Shown here: positions 1 to 9,264 of the stretch, piece by piece
How positions within the stretch are numbered: position 1 is the stretch's first letter
Layout of the letters: every line of letters begins with the position of its first letter
Sequence record: OM362897.1
Source of the DNA: Escherichia phage SKA64
Length of the DNA stretch: 64,000 nt
Reading direction: 5' to 3' (one strand)
Program-made: the position numbers and the translations under genes
The notes under the pieces: model-generated
What the model saw: only the letters and a program-made list of their open reading frames with translations
What the model was told of the DNA's origin: nothing
Databases searched by the model: none

Positions 1-47
1 CCAGTGTTGATCGTTATCCAGACGCAGAACAAACCACAGGAGGTTAC

Positions 48-1178
48 ATGTTAGATCTGATTCTTAAGAAATCAGGGTTATTGGGAATCGAAGACGTTTT
101 CGTAGATGCAGATAGTTTATCATTAGGAGATGTTGTTAAACTACTGGTAGACTTTAGATTTGCAACAGGTAAAAGCTTCTGGAAGCCAGAAGATGCTGAA
201 CGTTTGAAGACAATCGATCCAAGTATGTATGAACTGCCACAATATAAAGATAAACAATTCCGCAAGGTTATCTTCTTTGATCGTCAAGCAGGCTTAGATG
301 CAATGCATATTGAAGTTGGGGATTTACCACGCCCACACTCTGCTGCTACTGGTGATCGCGGCCTTGTAGAAGTCACGGCTCAAGAATTTAAAAATATGTT
401 TGCTGCGAAATACGATGAAGCTGCGCCTGTGCCAAGTATTGAGGAGCAAGAGGAAGAACAGTTTGTAGCGGAAGATACTGCATTTGAATATCTGCCGAAC
501 ACAGGTGTTATGCCTTCAGAAGATTTCGTGCAGGTTCGCTTCAACAATGGTCAAACAGATGTTGCTAAGGGAACAGTATTCACTTGGAATATCGACAATC
601 TGGAAGAGTGGGCGATTAAAGAATACTTCATTCTCCCGCGCACGGCAAAATACAACTATAATAATGGTGGACACCGCCCTTGTGGTGGTCACGTAGAAGT
701 TCTCTTTCGTGACGGAACTACGGATAGTGGATCGGCTACGCATTTCACTTGGGGTCATGTTGGATATGATCGGGATATTGTTGGTTGGCTTCCAACTAAC
801 AACCCTAAACCACGTTACCGTAAGCCTCGTAAGAAGCCTCCGGTAGGTAAGAAGAGTGTCGTTCGTGTCCTCTACACTACACAACAGACATACACATTTA
901 AAAATGTGGTTGATGTGCAAGTAACCGAGGAGCGGGTTTATATTCAATATGATCGTGAAGTTACAGAGGGTATCAAAGAATCGGTTACTACCGAAATTGA
1001 AAATAAGCTTGTTATGGCTATCATTGTGGAAGAAAGTAAAGTAGAGAACGGTAAAGCCTATACTGTTCGTGATAGCTTCTTGCGTAATATCGATGGAACT
1101 TGGGATTATAATGGACACGATGGGACCGCTGTAAAGAACGGTAAGATCATGGGAAGACAATTCCTCTCCAAACGATAA
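48..1178 (+). CDS. hypothetical protein (376 aa)
   Basis: Long ORF, GGAGG RBS about 6 nt upstream of ATG at 48; no motif recognised. Confidence 0.6.
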   Translation: MLDLILKKSGLLGIEDVFVDADSLSLGDVVKLLVDFRFATGKSFWKPEDAERLKTIDPSMYELPQYKDKQFRKVIFFDRQAGLDAMHIEVGDLPRPHSAATGDRGLVEVTAQEFKNMFAAKYDEAAPVPSIEEQEEEQFVAEDTAFEYLPNTGVMPSEDFVQVRFNNGQTDVAKGTVFTWNIDNLEEWAIKEYFILPRTAKYNYNNGGHRPCGGHVEVLFRDGTTDSGSATHFTWGHVGYDRDIVGWLPTNNPKPRYRKPRKKPPVGKKSVVRVLYTTQQTYTFKNVVDVQVTEERVYIQYDREVTEGIKESVTTEIENKLVMAIIVEESKVENGKAYTVRDSFLRNIDGTWDYNGHDGTAVKNGKIMGRQFLSKR

Positions 1179-1185
1179 AACTTAA

Positions 1186-1207
1186 AGGCGCACTTTGCGC
1201 CTTTTTT
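1186..1207 (+). terminator. rho-independent terminator
   Basis: GC-rich stem AGGCGCA/TGCGCCT with short loop followed by TTTTTT, directly after the stop of the first CDS. Confidence 0.6.
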
Positions 1208-1278
1208 GATTTTCCTCAAAGCTTTTTTCGGTTGGAAGAGGTAGAATAATAGTTCTACTCACAAAATAAGGATTAATA

Positions 1279-3093
1279 ATGAAAGATTTGTACCAAGATG
1301 TTTTTTCTTTTTTAGATCGCACTTCAGAAACATACACTAGAGAGAATGCAAACAAACCTTCCCACCTCGTTAACACACATAGGGATCTCTTGGCGGGGAT
1401 TTTAAGCAAACATATGGCAATGACACAGATACTGCCAAAAAACTTGTCAGAATGGCATACAGAAGGTTTTGGACATATTCACGACTTGGATTATCTGCTC
1501 TCTCCTCTTACAAACTGTTGTCTTGTTAATTATCAAGATATGTTAGAAAATGGTTTTAAGATCGGTGCCGCACAAATAGAAAAACCAAAATCTATTGGAG
1601 TAGCTACCACAGTGCTAACTCAAATCATCCAAGCTGTTGCCTCCAGTCAGTATGGAGGTCAGACGTGTGCGCACATTGATAAAGGTCTTAGTCCTTATGT
1701 TGAAGCTAGTTTCCTTAAAAACATGGAGATAACCAAACGTCGCTACGGTTGTTATGCAAGGAAAGAAGCCCTAGAAATGACCGAACAAGATGTATACGAT
1801 GCTATGCAAACTCTCTTGTATCAGGTTAATACTTTAATGAGTGTTAATGGACAATCTCCTTTTATTACAATCAGTATGGGTCTGGATACCTCTGTTTTTG
1901 GCAGAATGATCACAGCTAACTATCTTAAAGTGCATAGTAATGGTCTAGGCAAAGATCATGTAACGCCTGTATTCCCTAAAGTTATTTTCTTTTTACAAGA
2001 AGGTGTTAACATGAAACCTAGTGATCCTAACTATGACCTTAAGCAACAAGCTTTGGCATGTTGTGCTGATCGTATTTATCCAGATTTTATTTCTGTTCCT
2101 TTGAACAAAGAAGTTACGGGATCAGCAGATGGCACTGTTACGAGTATGGGTTGTCGTTCCTTTTTGTCGTACTATGCCACCGAACAAGGAGAAAAATACG
2201 ATGGACGATTCAACCTTGGAGTAGTTTCTATCAACTTACCTCTGATCGCTGCGGAAGCGAGAAGTAAAGGAGAATCTTTCACCGATCTTCTTAATAAACA
2301 TATGGAGATAGCCTACGATGCTCACATGCTACGTGTAAACCGTATCAGACATACCAAAGCATCTGAAAACCCTATTCTTTTCATGGAAGGGGCTTTAGCT
2401 CGTTTAAATGCCAACGATGAAATTGGTGTTTTGTTTGAAGGTGGTTATGCTTCTATTAGTATTGGTTATGTAGGTCTTGCCGAAGCTTTGGAAATCCTTT
2501 ATCCAGAAGAAAAAGATAAAAAGGAACTTGGTAAAAACATTCTGCAACATATGAAAGATGTGTGTGCTGTGTTTAAAGAACGATCTAATTTGGCGTTTAG
2601 TCTCTATGGAACTCCAGCAGAATCTTTGTGCTATAAGTTTGCAACAGCTTTAAATGAAAAATACCCAGGTTTGGTAGAAAGAGACTATCTTACTAACTCT
2701 TTTCATCAACCTGTGTGGTTGGTAACAAACCCTTTTGAAAAATGGGATTATGAAGCAGGTTTTGCACAGATTAGTAATGGTGGTAACATAAGTTATGTCG
2801 AAACACCAAACTTAAAGAATAACTTAGAAGCTTTGGAGACTTTAGTAGACTACGCTTATGAACATATTCACTATTTTGGTATTAATCAGCCCGTGGATCA
2901 ATGCTTTAAGTGTGGTTTTCATGGGGAATTTAAGGCAACGGCTAAAGGGTTTGAGTGTCCTGATTGTGGCAACCATGAAGAAGAAACTATTTCTGTAGTT
3001 AGACGTGTGTCAGGGTATCTTTCTGCCCCTAACTCACGCCCTTACAACAAAGGTAAAATGCAGGAAGTTTTGCAAAGGGAGAAACATCTTTGA
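1279..3093 (+). CDS. nrdD: anaerobic ribonucleoside-triphosphate reductase (class III), NrdD
   Basis: 604 aa; C-terminal zinc ribbon CFKCG...CPDCG followed by glycyl-radical loop RRVSGYL; size and layout typical of phage NrdD. Confidence 0.85.
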   Translation: MKDLYQDVFSFLDRTSETYTRENANKPSHLVNTHRDLLAGILSKHMAMTQILPKNLSEWHTEGFGHIHDLDYLLSPLTNCCLVNYQDMLENGFKIGAAQIEKPKSIGVATTVLTQIIQAVASSQYGGQTCAHIDKGLSPYVEASFLKNMEITKRRYGCYARKEALEMTEQDVYDAMQTLLYQVNTLMSVNGQSPFITISMGLDTSVFGRMITANYLKVHSNGLGKDHVTPVFPKVIFFLQEGVNMKPSDPNYDLKQQALACCADRIYPDFISVPLNKEVTGSADGTVTSMGCRSFLSYYATEQGEKYDGRFNLGVVSINLPLIAAEARSKGESFTDLLNKHMEIAYDAHMLRVNRIRHTKASENPILFMEGALARLNANDEIGVLFEGGYASISIGYVGLAEALEILYPEEKDKKELGKNILQHMKDVCAVFKERSNLAFSLYGTPAESLCYKFATALNEKYPGLVERDYLTNSFHQPVWLVTNPFEKWDYEAGFAQISNGGNISYVETPNLKNNLEALETLVDYAYEHIHYFGINQPVDQCFKCGFHGEFKATAKGFECPDCGNHEEETISVVRRVSGYLSAPNSRPYNKGKMQEVLQREKHL

Positions 3094-3560
3094 ATTTTGC
3101 AGGATATGAACCTGTAGATCTTATTAATGGCGAGGGAGTTAGGTGCTCCCTCTGGGTTAGTGGTTGTAGCCACGGTTGTCGTGGCTGTTTTAACCAAAAA
3201 GCCTGGTCTTATTCTTATGGGAAACCGTTCACTCACGAAAATGTAGAGCAAGTTTTAAAAGATTTGTCAAGACCGTTTGTAAAAGGTTTAACAATTTTAG
3301 GAGGAGAGCCATTAGATCCACAGAATATTTACAATGTTAAAAACCTTATAGAAAAGGTTAGAGACGTTTATGGGTCAAGCAAAGATATAATGGTGTATAC
3401 AGGGTATACTTTTGAGGAAGTGCCTTTGTATATTAAAAATCTTGTTGACATTATTGTAGACGGAAAGTATGAAATAAACAATCCAACTACAAAACCTTTC
3501 AGAGGGTCAGATAATCAAAGATTATGGACCAAAACGGCAAGTGGTTGGCAATCAGATTAA
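3090..3560 (+). CDS. nrdG: anaerobic ribonucleotide reductase activating protein (radical SAM), NrdG
   Basis: 156 aa; Cys cluster CSHGCRGC (Cx3Cx2C) near N-terminus; TTG start overlapping nrdD stop, AGGGAG RBS upstream. Confidence 0.8.
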   Translation: MNFAGYEPVDLINGEGVRCSLWVSGCSHGCRGCFNQKAWSYSYGKPFTHENVEQVLKDLSRPFVKGLTILGGEPLDPQNIYNVKNLIEKVRDVYGSSKDIMVYTGYTFEEVPLYIKNLVDIIVDGKYEINNPTTKPFRGSDNQRLWTKTASGWQSD

Positions 3561-3573
3561 CTTAGGAGGTTTC

Positions 3574-3765
3574 ATGGTTACATATTTTGCTGTAGGAGAT
3601 AGAGTAGGGACGGCAGGAGAACTTTTGAAGAACAGTGATCGGGACGTTAAGGACATTCTTGCAACCCTTGTGGATATTTTACAAAGAAAAGAGTTGCTTT
3701 CTGATCGAGATGTTGCTAAATTACTTGATATCGGAGGAGATGAACTTCAAAGACTTCCATTTTAA
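3574..3765 (+). CDS. hypothetical small protein
   Basis: ATG at 3574 preceded by AGGAGG; the track ORF from 3541 (GTG) overlaps nrdG, so the internal ATG start is preferred. Confidence 0.5.
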   Translation: MVTYFAVGDRVGTAGELLKNSDRDVKDILATLVDILQRKELLSDRDVAKLLDIGGDELQRLPF

Positions 3766-3780
3766 GTGAGGAGATAAGTA

Positions 3781-4386
3781 ATGCAACATAGTGTAGTAGT
3801 CAACATGCCGAATAGTGGGGATAAATCTTTTGGTGTCCCTGCTAAAAAAGTGTGGAAAGCCCATTTTCATCTTACTTTATCTAACGTTAGTTCTGAAGAG
3901 TTGATGAAAGCAGCTAAGATTATTGGTGCCAAATGCACAACAATTGATTTACATCGGGATACAAAGTCTCAACGTGATCGTATGTTAACAAAGTATCAAA
4001 GCGATCTCGACACTACTTTAATGTTGCAGTGTGTAGAAAAACTTGAGAATGCAGGTTTCAATGTTGTTCGTTACAAACTGGAACGAATGTTTAAACATGT
4101 TGCCTGTGTTCTTTTCATGGATCTAAGTAAAGAAAATTACGGAGAAGTTCACATTAAGACTTCAGCAAGTGATCCCGAAGTAGAAACAAACTTCTTCCGT
4201 ATTTCTTCTAATGCTGAAGAAATTGATTACCGATTTTATAATGCTCGCTTATATTCCGCAGAAGATAAGTTGCGTTTCAATGAAGCGTATGATATGCTCT
4301 TGAACAGTGGGATACAGATAAAAGGCTACCACATAGAACAAGTGGTAGTGGACAGTAATCTTAACTTAGACGCATGGTGGGCTTAA
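3781..4386 (+). CDS. hypothetical protein (201 aa)
   Basis: ORF with GAGGAG RBS; first gene of the HAD/PRTase/macro run; no secure motif. Confidence 0.6.
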   Translation: MQHSVVVNMPNSGDKSFGVPAKKVWKAHFHLTLSNVSSEELMKAAKIIGAKCTTIDLHRDTKSQRDRMLTKYQSDLDTTLMLQCVEKLENAGFNVVRYKLERMFKHVACVLFMDLSKENYGEVHIKTSASDPEVETNFFRISSNAEEIDYRFYNARLYSAEDKLRFNEAYDMLLNSGIQIKGYHIEQVVVDSNLNLDAWWA

Positions 4387-4387
4387 T

Positions 4388-5044
4388 ATGACTATTAAAC
4401 ATATCTCTTTTGATGTATGGAACACACTGATCACAGCAAACTCCAATTACGCAGACATGCGAGCCTGGACTATCGCAAAATATGGAGATATTACGGAAGT
4501 TGAAGCAAGAGCAGCTTATAAAAAGATCAAAAAGGAACTGGATAATGCAGCACTTCAAGGCAAAGCCGAGTGTGCAGCATACGCCTGGGAAAGACTTGGT
4601 TCTGAACTTGGGATAACGCCTTGGAAGTCTGCAAAGCTTCGTTTCGAGTGTGAACAGTGGTTCCTTAAGTTTCCACCACACGTAGCCGTAGATCTGCCGA
4701 TGTACTTGCTGTATCTTTCTGGGCGTTATGATTTGAGTATTAAGAGCAATACCAACTTCATATCAGGGGATATTCTGCGTCGTGCTTGTAAGTTTGATAG
4801 TTGGAATTGTTTTGAGTTCACCCATTTCTCGGATGAAGCTTTACTTTGTAAACCAGATCCGCGATTCTTTGCTCGCACGCTCACGTATTCTCCGATCCCT
4901 CTGTTAGGGCACGAAGTGTTGCACGTAGGCGATAGTGAAGAATATGATGGAAAATGTGTTGACTTAGGGTTTAACTTCTGTCATATTAAGAACCCTAACG
5001 ACTTACTAGAGAAACTTAAAAGAGGAGAAATTGTAAATGCGTAA
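4388..5044 (+). CDS. HAD-like hydrolase (tentative)
   Basis: N-terminal FDVWNTL (variant HAD motif I) and C-terminal VGDSEEYD (HAD motif IV-like); assignment by motif only. Confidence 0.45.
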   Translation: MTIKHISFDVWNTLITANSNYADMRAWTIAKYGDITEVEARAAYKKIKKELDNAALQGKAECAAYAWERLGSELGITPWKSAKLRFECEQWFLKFPPHVAVDLPMYLLYLSGRYDLSIKSNTNFISGDILRRACKFDSWNCFEFTHFSDEALLCKPDPRFFARTLTYSPIPLLGHEVLHVGDSEEYDGKCVDLGFNFCHIKNPNDLLEKLKRGEIVNA

Positions 5045-5864
5045 TCAAACTCAAATTTTTGCAAATAAATTTGATGACCTGGAAACTGCTACTTTTGATA
5101 TCCAAGATTATTCAAAATTGAAATTTGGTAGTAACCAAGCTGCGCGTCGTATGGGTAAAGAATTGGCACTTCAGTTTTTTGCTCAAGTGGCAATGAAACA
5201 TATTGGGGAACAATTTGTTATCATTCCTTCTCCTTACAACCATGTGCATAATGCTGCAACAATGATGACAGATCATTTTATTAATTACTTCAATATGTTG
5301 CAAGCACAATATGATCAAGGTCGTTCAGCAGAACTGGACATTATTCATCGTAAAGTTAGCTATATCAACGATTATGGTTTCTTGGATAAAGCTAGTCGTA
5401 AGAAACTTATTGATGGGGATACATTCTACTGTAACAAAGAATTCTGGGGTGATAAGAAGCTTGTGTTTATTGATGATGTAAATATCACTGGAACTCATGA
5501 AGACAAACTGATTGAGATCCTTGATGAAAATCAAGTTAAAAATGATGTTTACTTCTTGTATTTTGCAAAATACGAAGGTAATCAAGCAGATACCGAAGCT
5601 AAACTGAATTTTAATTATATTAATACACCAGAAGCGTTTGTTAAAATGATTAATGAAGAACGTGATGCACAGTGTCTTGTTCGTCCTATTAAGTATCTTA
5701 TGGGCCAAAATCACGAAGACTTCAAAATCATTCTTAGCCAATTACCACACTACTATGTAGAGCAACTTTTCTTCGGATGTTTGGGAGAAGGTTACAACCG
5801 AATTTCAAAGTATGCCGAAAACTTTGAATTCTTGGATCGTTACACAAAACAACACATTCTGTAA
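5037..5864 (+). CDS. phosphoribosyltransferase-like protein (type I PRTase fold)
   Basis: PRPP-binding signature LVFIDDVNITGTHE (hydrophobic run, DD, TG-T); ATGCGTAA overlap with upstream gene. Confidence 0.55.
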   Translation: MRNQTQIFANKFDDLETATFDIQDYSKLKFGSNQAARRMGKELALQFFAQVAMKHIGEQFVIIPSPYNHVHNAATMMTDHFINYFNMLQAQYDQGRSAELDIIHRKVSYINDYGFLDKASRKKLIDGDTFYCNKEFWGDKKLVFIDDVNITGTHEDKLIEILDENQVKNDVYFLYFAKYEGNQADTEAKLNFNYINTPEAFVKMINEERDAQCLVRPIKYLMGQNHEDFKIILSQLPHYYVEQLFFGCLGEGYNRISKYAENFEFLDRYTKQHIL

Positions 5865-5877
5865 TAAGGAGCTAAAA

Positions 5878-6351
5878 ATGCTTAAAATGAAAACAGGTAA
5901 TCTTATTGATGCCGCTAAAGCAGGTGAAGTAACTGTTATTGCTCATTGTTGCAATTGTATGTGTAATATGGGGGCAGGTATTGCCCCACAAATCAAACGA
6001 GCATTTCCTTACGCATATGCAGCAGACTTAGACACAATGGCTGGTGATCAAAGTAAACTAGGTTGTTTTAGTTTAGGGGTGCCAGACGAACAATCAGATC
6101 CTTTGGTATATAATCTATACGGGCAGTATCGTTATGGATACAATGCTAAAGGTCGTCAGTTGGACTATGATGCACTTTACGATGCACTAATAGCTATGGC
6201 TAACGATTTGCTTCTCCGTGACCAAAAATGTAAGATCGGCTTACCTATGATTGGCGCTGGATATGCTGGAGGTAATTGGGCTATCATCCAAGTGATGATT
6301 GAAGAAACTTTAGTAAAAACAGGTCACGATGTGACTATTTATAAACTTTAA
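5878..6351 (+). CDS. macro domain protein (ADP-ribose binding/processing family)
   Basis: GNLID...VIAHCCNC...MGAGIA...IKRAF and later IGLPMIGAGYAGG match macro-domain motifs; start set at ATG 5878 with AAGGAG RBS rather than track start 5812. Confidence 0.6.
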   Translation: MLKMKTGNLIDAAKAGEVTVIAHCCNCMCNMGAGIAPQIKRAFPYAYAADLDTMAGDQSKLGCFSLGVPDEQSDPLVYNLYGQYRYGYNAKGRQLDYDALYDALIAMANDLLLRDQKCKIGLPMIGAGYAGGNWAIIQVMIEETLVKTGHDVTIYKL

Positions 6352-6363
6352 GAGGAGATTAGT

Positions 6364-6585
6364 ATGGGTGTTTTTGCAGGTATTGTTGCAGTGGTAAGCT
6401 TTTTTGTTATTGCTTTTATGCTTAGTTTGATTCCAGCTTGGTTACTGTTGCTGGCTTACAACTATGTTGCTGAAGTTATGGGTCATGCAGATATCACTGT
6501 CCCAGTAACCTTCTGGACCGTGGTTTGTGTTTCGTTTATTCTGGCTGTATTACGAGGAATCTTTTCCTCTCATTCAACAAAATAA
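6364..6585 (+). CDS. small hydrophobic membrane protein (73 aa)
   Basis: GAGGAG RBS; two predicted transmembrane helices. Confidence 0.55.
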   Translation: MGVFAGIVAVVSFFVIAFMLSLIPAWLLLLAYNYVAEVMGHADITVPVTFWTVVCVSFILAVLRGIFSSHSTK

Positions 6586-6588
6586 GTG

Positions 6589-6616
6589 TTGACATAGTTC
6601 TTAAAAAGAGTAAGAT
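6589..6616 (+). promoter_or_regulatory. sigma70-like promoter (TTGACA-16-TAAGAT) upstream of TerC gene
   Basis: Exact TTGACA -35 in the intergenic gap, acceptable -10 at 16-nt spacing; a 7-bp hairpin (GCGGGGA/TCCCCGC, about 6629-6647) lies in the short leader. Confidence 0.45.
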
Positions 6617-6664
6617 ATATCACATGAAGCGGGGAATAGTTCCCCGCAAAGAGAGGAGAAAAGA

Positions 6665-7639
6665 ATGCAACTTGGTTTCCCCATTATTGATGTAGTTGTT
6701 TTAGTTGGTATTTTAGCATTGTCTATTGGTATCGATTTCTTTGGTCACAAAGAAAATAAAGAAATTTCATTCAAATCCGCAGTTGATTGGTCGATCTTTT
6801 GGATTGGTGTATCATTAGCTTATTATGGTTTTGTATACTTCCAACATGGTGCCGATTTTGCTAACTTGTTTTTAAGTGGATATGTGTTGGAAAAATCTTT
6901 GTCGGTAGATAACTTAGTAGTATTTGTAGCAGTATTCGCAAGTTTTGGTATTAAAAGCACACACTTGCAGCACAAGATTCTACTTTGGGGTATTGCAGGT
7001 GCGATTGTCTTCCGAGGTGTGTTTGTAGCAGTAGGCACTTACTTGTTAAGTTTGGGCTGGTATGTTAATATCTTCTTCGGTGCGGTCATCCTTTTCTGTG
7101 CAGCTAAAATGGTATTTGCTGGAGATAATGACGCAGAAGTTGATTACTCTAAACACTGGGCTACCCGTATTGTTCGTAAACTGTTCCCTGTATCTAATAA
7201 AATGGATGGGGAGAAGTTCTTCACAATCGAAAATGGTGTTCGTGTAGCAACTCCAGCTTTGGTTTGCGTATTCGTGATGGAAATGGTGGATGTAATCTTT
7301 GCAGTAGATTCGGTTCCAGCGGTGATCGCAGTGACACAAGAACCCCTACTTGTATTCTCTTCGATGTTATGTGCAATCTTAGGTCTACGTGCTCTGTTCT
7401 TTGTTCTTAGTGTCGCACTGAAGTATCTGGTTCACTTGGAGAAAGCAGTTATTGTGGTTCTGGTGTTTGTAGGCGTTAAACTGATGTATCACCCGTTTGC
7501 AGAAACATTGCATGAGAAAATGAGTTTCCTGCCAGCACATATTGATCCAACTATTAGTATGTATATCGTGCTTGGTACTTTGGCCCTTGGTGTTATTGCA
7601 AGCTTTATCTTCCCTGAAAAAGAAGAAGCTACTATTTAA
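6665..7639 (+). CDS. TerC-family integral membrane protein
   Basis: 324 aa polytopic membrane protein containing YVLEKSLSVDNLVVF, matching the conserved E-x-SLSVDN signature recalled for the TerC family. Confidence 0.7.
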   Translation: MQLGFPIIDVVVLVGILALSIGIDFFGHKENKEISFKSAVDWSIFWIGVSLAYYGFVYFQHGADFANLFLSGYVLEKSLSVDNLVVFVAVFASFGIKSTHLQHKILLWGIAGAIVFRGVFVAVGTYLLSLGWYVNIFFGAVILFCAAKMVFAGDNDAEVDYSKHWATRIVRKLFPVSNKMDGEKFFTIENGVRVATPALVCVFVMEMVDVIFAVDSVPAVIAVTQEPLLVFSSMLCAILGLRALFFVLSVALKYLVHLEKAVIVVLVFVGVKLMYHPFAETLHEKMSFLPAHIDPTISMYIVLGTLALGVIASFIFPEKEEATI

Positions 7640-7645
7640 TAAATG

Positions 7646-7670
7646 AGCCTCCTTCGGGAGGCTATTTTAT
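7646..7670 (+). terminator. rho-independent terminator
   Basis: Stem AGCCTCC/GGAGGCT with TTCG loop followed by ATTTTAT just after TerC stop. Confidence 0.6.
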
Positions 7671-7681
7671 AGGAGAGACTT

Positions 7682-8032
7682 ATGAGTAATTTTGATGAAA
7701 TTCAAGAACTTGTTTGGGATTTATCTGGTGATGTGGATTACATTTCAGATTATCTTTCAAAAGTTTACCCTGGGGTAAGCGTTATGATTGTGACCAAAGA
7801 TCCAATTAGTTTGCCTCCCAATGTTGTAGCTTGTTGTGGAAGTGGTTCAGGAGAAGTAGAGCCTGTATCTCGTTGGGAATTAACTAAAGCTGTTTCAAAA
7901 CGAAACGGTGAAGTTTTGAATATTGATATTGAGCAAATATGGACTTCTCCAGCAGCCAAATGGAATGATCCAAATGGTTGGGATTTGTTCTTCTGGGATA
8001 ATGAGACTGATGATGAGGTGTTTTTAAAATGA
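7682..8032 (+). CDS. hypothetical protein (116 aa)
   Basis: ORF with RBS; acidic C-terminal half. Confidence 0.55.
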   Translation: MSNFDEIQELVWDLSGDVDYISDYLSKVYPGVSVMIVTKDPISLPPNVVACCGSGSGEVEPVSRWELTKAVSKRNGEVLNIDIEQIWTSPAAKWNDPNGWDLFFWDNETDDEVFLK

Positions 8033-8274
8033 AATACTTGTTGGTTGTGTTTGAAAATATCTGTTTTGCAATAGGGTTGTTTGTTGTAATTTTTGTATTG
8101 ACAAGCGTAATCAACGGCAGTAAAGTGAGTTTATACCGAGATGGAGAGCAACTTTATTGCTTCTCTGGAGATTTCAAACACAGATGTATTAATAGCCAAA
8201 ACGAGGAAAGCAAATATGAAAAAACTAGCCCTGATTTTAATTGGTTGTATCTTTTTAACAGCTTGCGAGGATGA
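8029..8274 (+). CDS. hypothetical small membrane protein (uncertain)
   Basis: ATGA start/stop overlap with upstream gene; hydrophobic N-terminus; overlaps the lipoprotein gene in another frame. Confidence 0.3.
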   Translation: MKYLLVVFENICFAIGLFVVIFVLTSVINGSKVSLYRDGEQLYCFSGDFKHRCINSQNEESKYEKTSPDFNWLYLFNSLRG

Positions 8275-8653
8275 AACAAATCCTGCACAATACCAACAAC
8301 CTCCTCAACAATACGCTCAACAAGGATCTGACGGAGATACAACTATTATCAACAATGGTGGCGGTTCTAGTAGTAGCGGTGTTGGTGAGTTTGCTACAGG
8401 TATGTTGTTAGGGCATATGATGAGTGGCGGTAGTAATCGTAGCAGTGGGGATTATAACGATAACAGAACGATTATTAATAAGCATTATAATACACCTAAA
8501 CCGAAAACTAATTTTTATGGTAAGCCTAAACAAGAGATAAAAACTTATGAAAAGCCGAGACAAACTTTTAAAACAAATAGTAGCTATACAACTCGTAAAT
8601 CTTACAATAGCCCTTTAAGTAAAAAGAGTTCATCTCGTAGCAAGCGACGTTAA
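8216..8653 (+). CDS. putative lipoprotein (Gln/Gly/Ser-rich, basic C-terminus)
   Basis: MKKLALILIGCIFLTAC signal peptide with lipobox LTAC; GAGGAAAG RBS; internal ATG chosen over track start 8141. Confidence 0.6.
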   Translation: MKKLALILIGCIFLTACEDETNPAQYQQPPQQYAQQGSDGDTTIINNGGGSSSSGVGEFATGMLLGHMMSGGSNRSSGDYNDNRTIINKHYNTPKPKTNFYGKPKQEIKTYEKPRQTFKTNSSYTTRKSYNSPLSKKSSSRSKRR

Positions 8654-8667
8654 TAAGGAGAAAAACA

Positions 8668-9261
8668 ATGACAATTTCTATTCGTACTTCCATTACAGGT
8701 GTTAAAAGTTTGCCTAATGCTTTGCAAATCACACGTGCTTTGAGGGATACGTTCTCTGCTGTGGATGAGCATAAGATGCTCGATAATCTCTCAAATTGGC
8801 CCTATTTTCATTATTTTAAAAATGAAGACGACGAGTTTATAGACGCTGTTTCTTACGGTTATGATTTCGGTAAGGAGGTTTCCCCTGAAGAATTTGTAGC
8901 TACGGTGTTCCCAAACGGTTTGCCTACTCGCAGTAAACGTAAAAAAGGACCAAAAAACAAGAAACGTGCTACTAATAAAGCTACCATTTTCTTTACTGAT
9001 GGCACACAATATACGATTAAAGACTTTGAAGAGGTATCTTATACAGCAGGTGGGAGTCTTTCTTTCTACACCATCAAAAAACAAAACTATACGTTCAGCC
9101 ATGTTTCTAACATGATTGAAATGTTAGTAGAAGATATTGAAAGCGTGGCTGTGTTAGGTATGCATAAAAGCTTTTTAATTACAAATATTTCAGATTTCAG
9201 TGCAAGTTTATCTGGCCCTGATTTTGAAGCCACGACCACGCATTTCGCTTTTAAGGTGTAA
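8668..9261 (+). CDS. hypothetical protein (197 aa)
   Basis: ORF with GGAGAAAAA RBS; no motif recognised. Confidence 0.55.
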   Translation: MTISIRTSITGVKSLPNALQITRALRDTFSAVDEHKMLDNLSNWPYFHYFKNEDDEFIDAVSYGYDFGKEVSPEEFVATVFPNGLPTRSKRKKGPKNKKRATNKATIFFTDGTQYTIKDFEEVSYTAGGSLSFYTIKKQNYTFSHVSNMIEMLVEDIESVAVLGMHKSFLITNISDFSASLSGPDFEATTTHFAFKV

Positions 9262-9264
9262 GTT

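Noticed and set aside
516-1160. Antisense and overlapping track ORFs inside strong genes (also 26735..27448 minus, 59286..60092 plus, 60646..61212 plus, 5325..5741 minus and similar)
   Set aside because: They lie opposite or out of frame to long, motif-bearing genes with RBS and coherent operon structure; low-complexity or Cys/Phe-rich translations typical of shadow ORFs.
1225-1260. Inverted repeat GTAGAA-TAATAG-TTCTAC upstream of nrdD as an NrdR box
   Set aside because: Arms do not match the ACACnATAT-type NrdR consensus; more likely incidental.
3781-4386. 2H phosphoesterase call for the 201-aa protein
   Set aside because: Only one H-x-T-x motif (HLTL) is present; the second expected motif is H-I-K-T, not H-x-T/S-x, so the family signature is incomplete.
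5812-5877. Track start of the macro-domain ORF at 5812
   Set aside because: That start overlaps the PRTase gene by 50 nt and lacks an RBS; the ATG at 5878 has AAGGAG at proper spacing.
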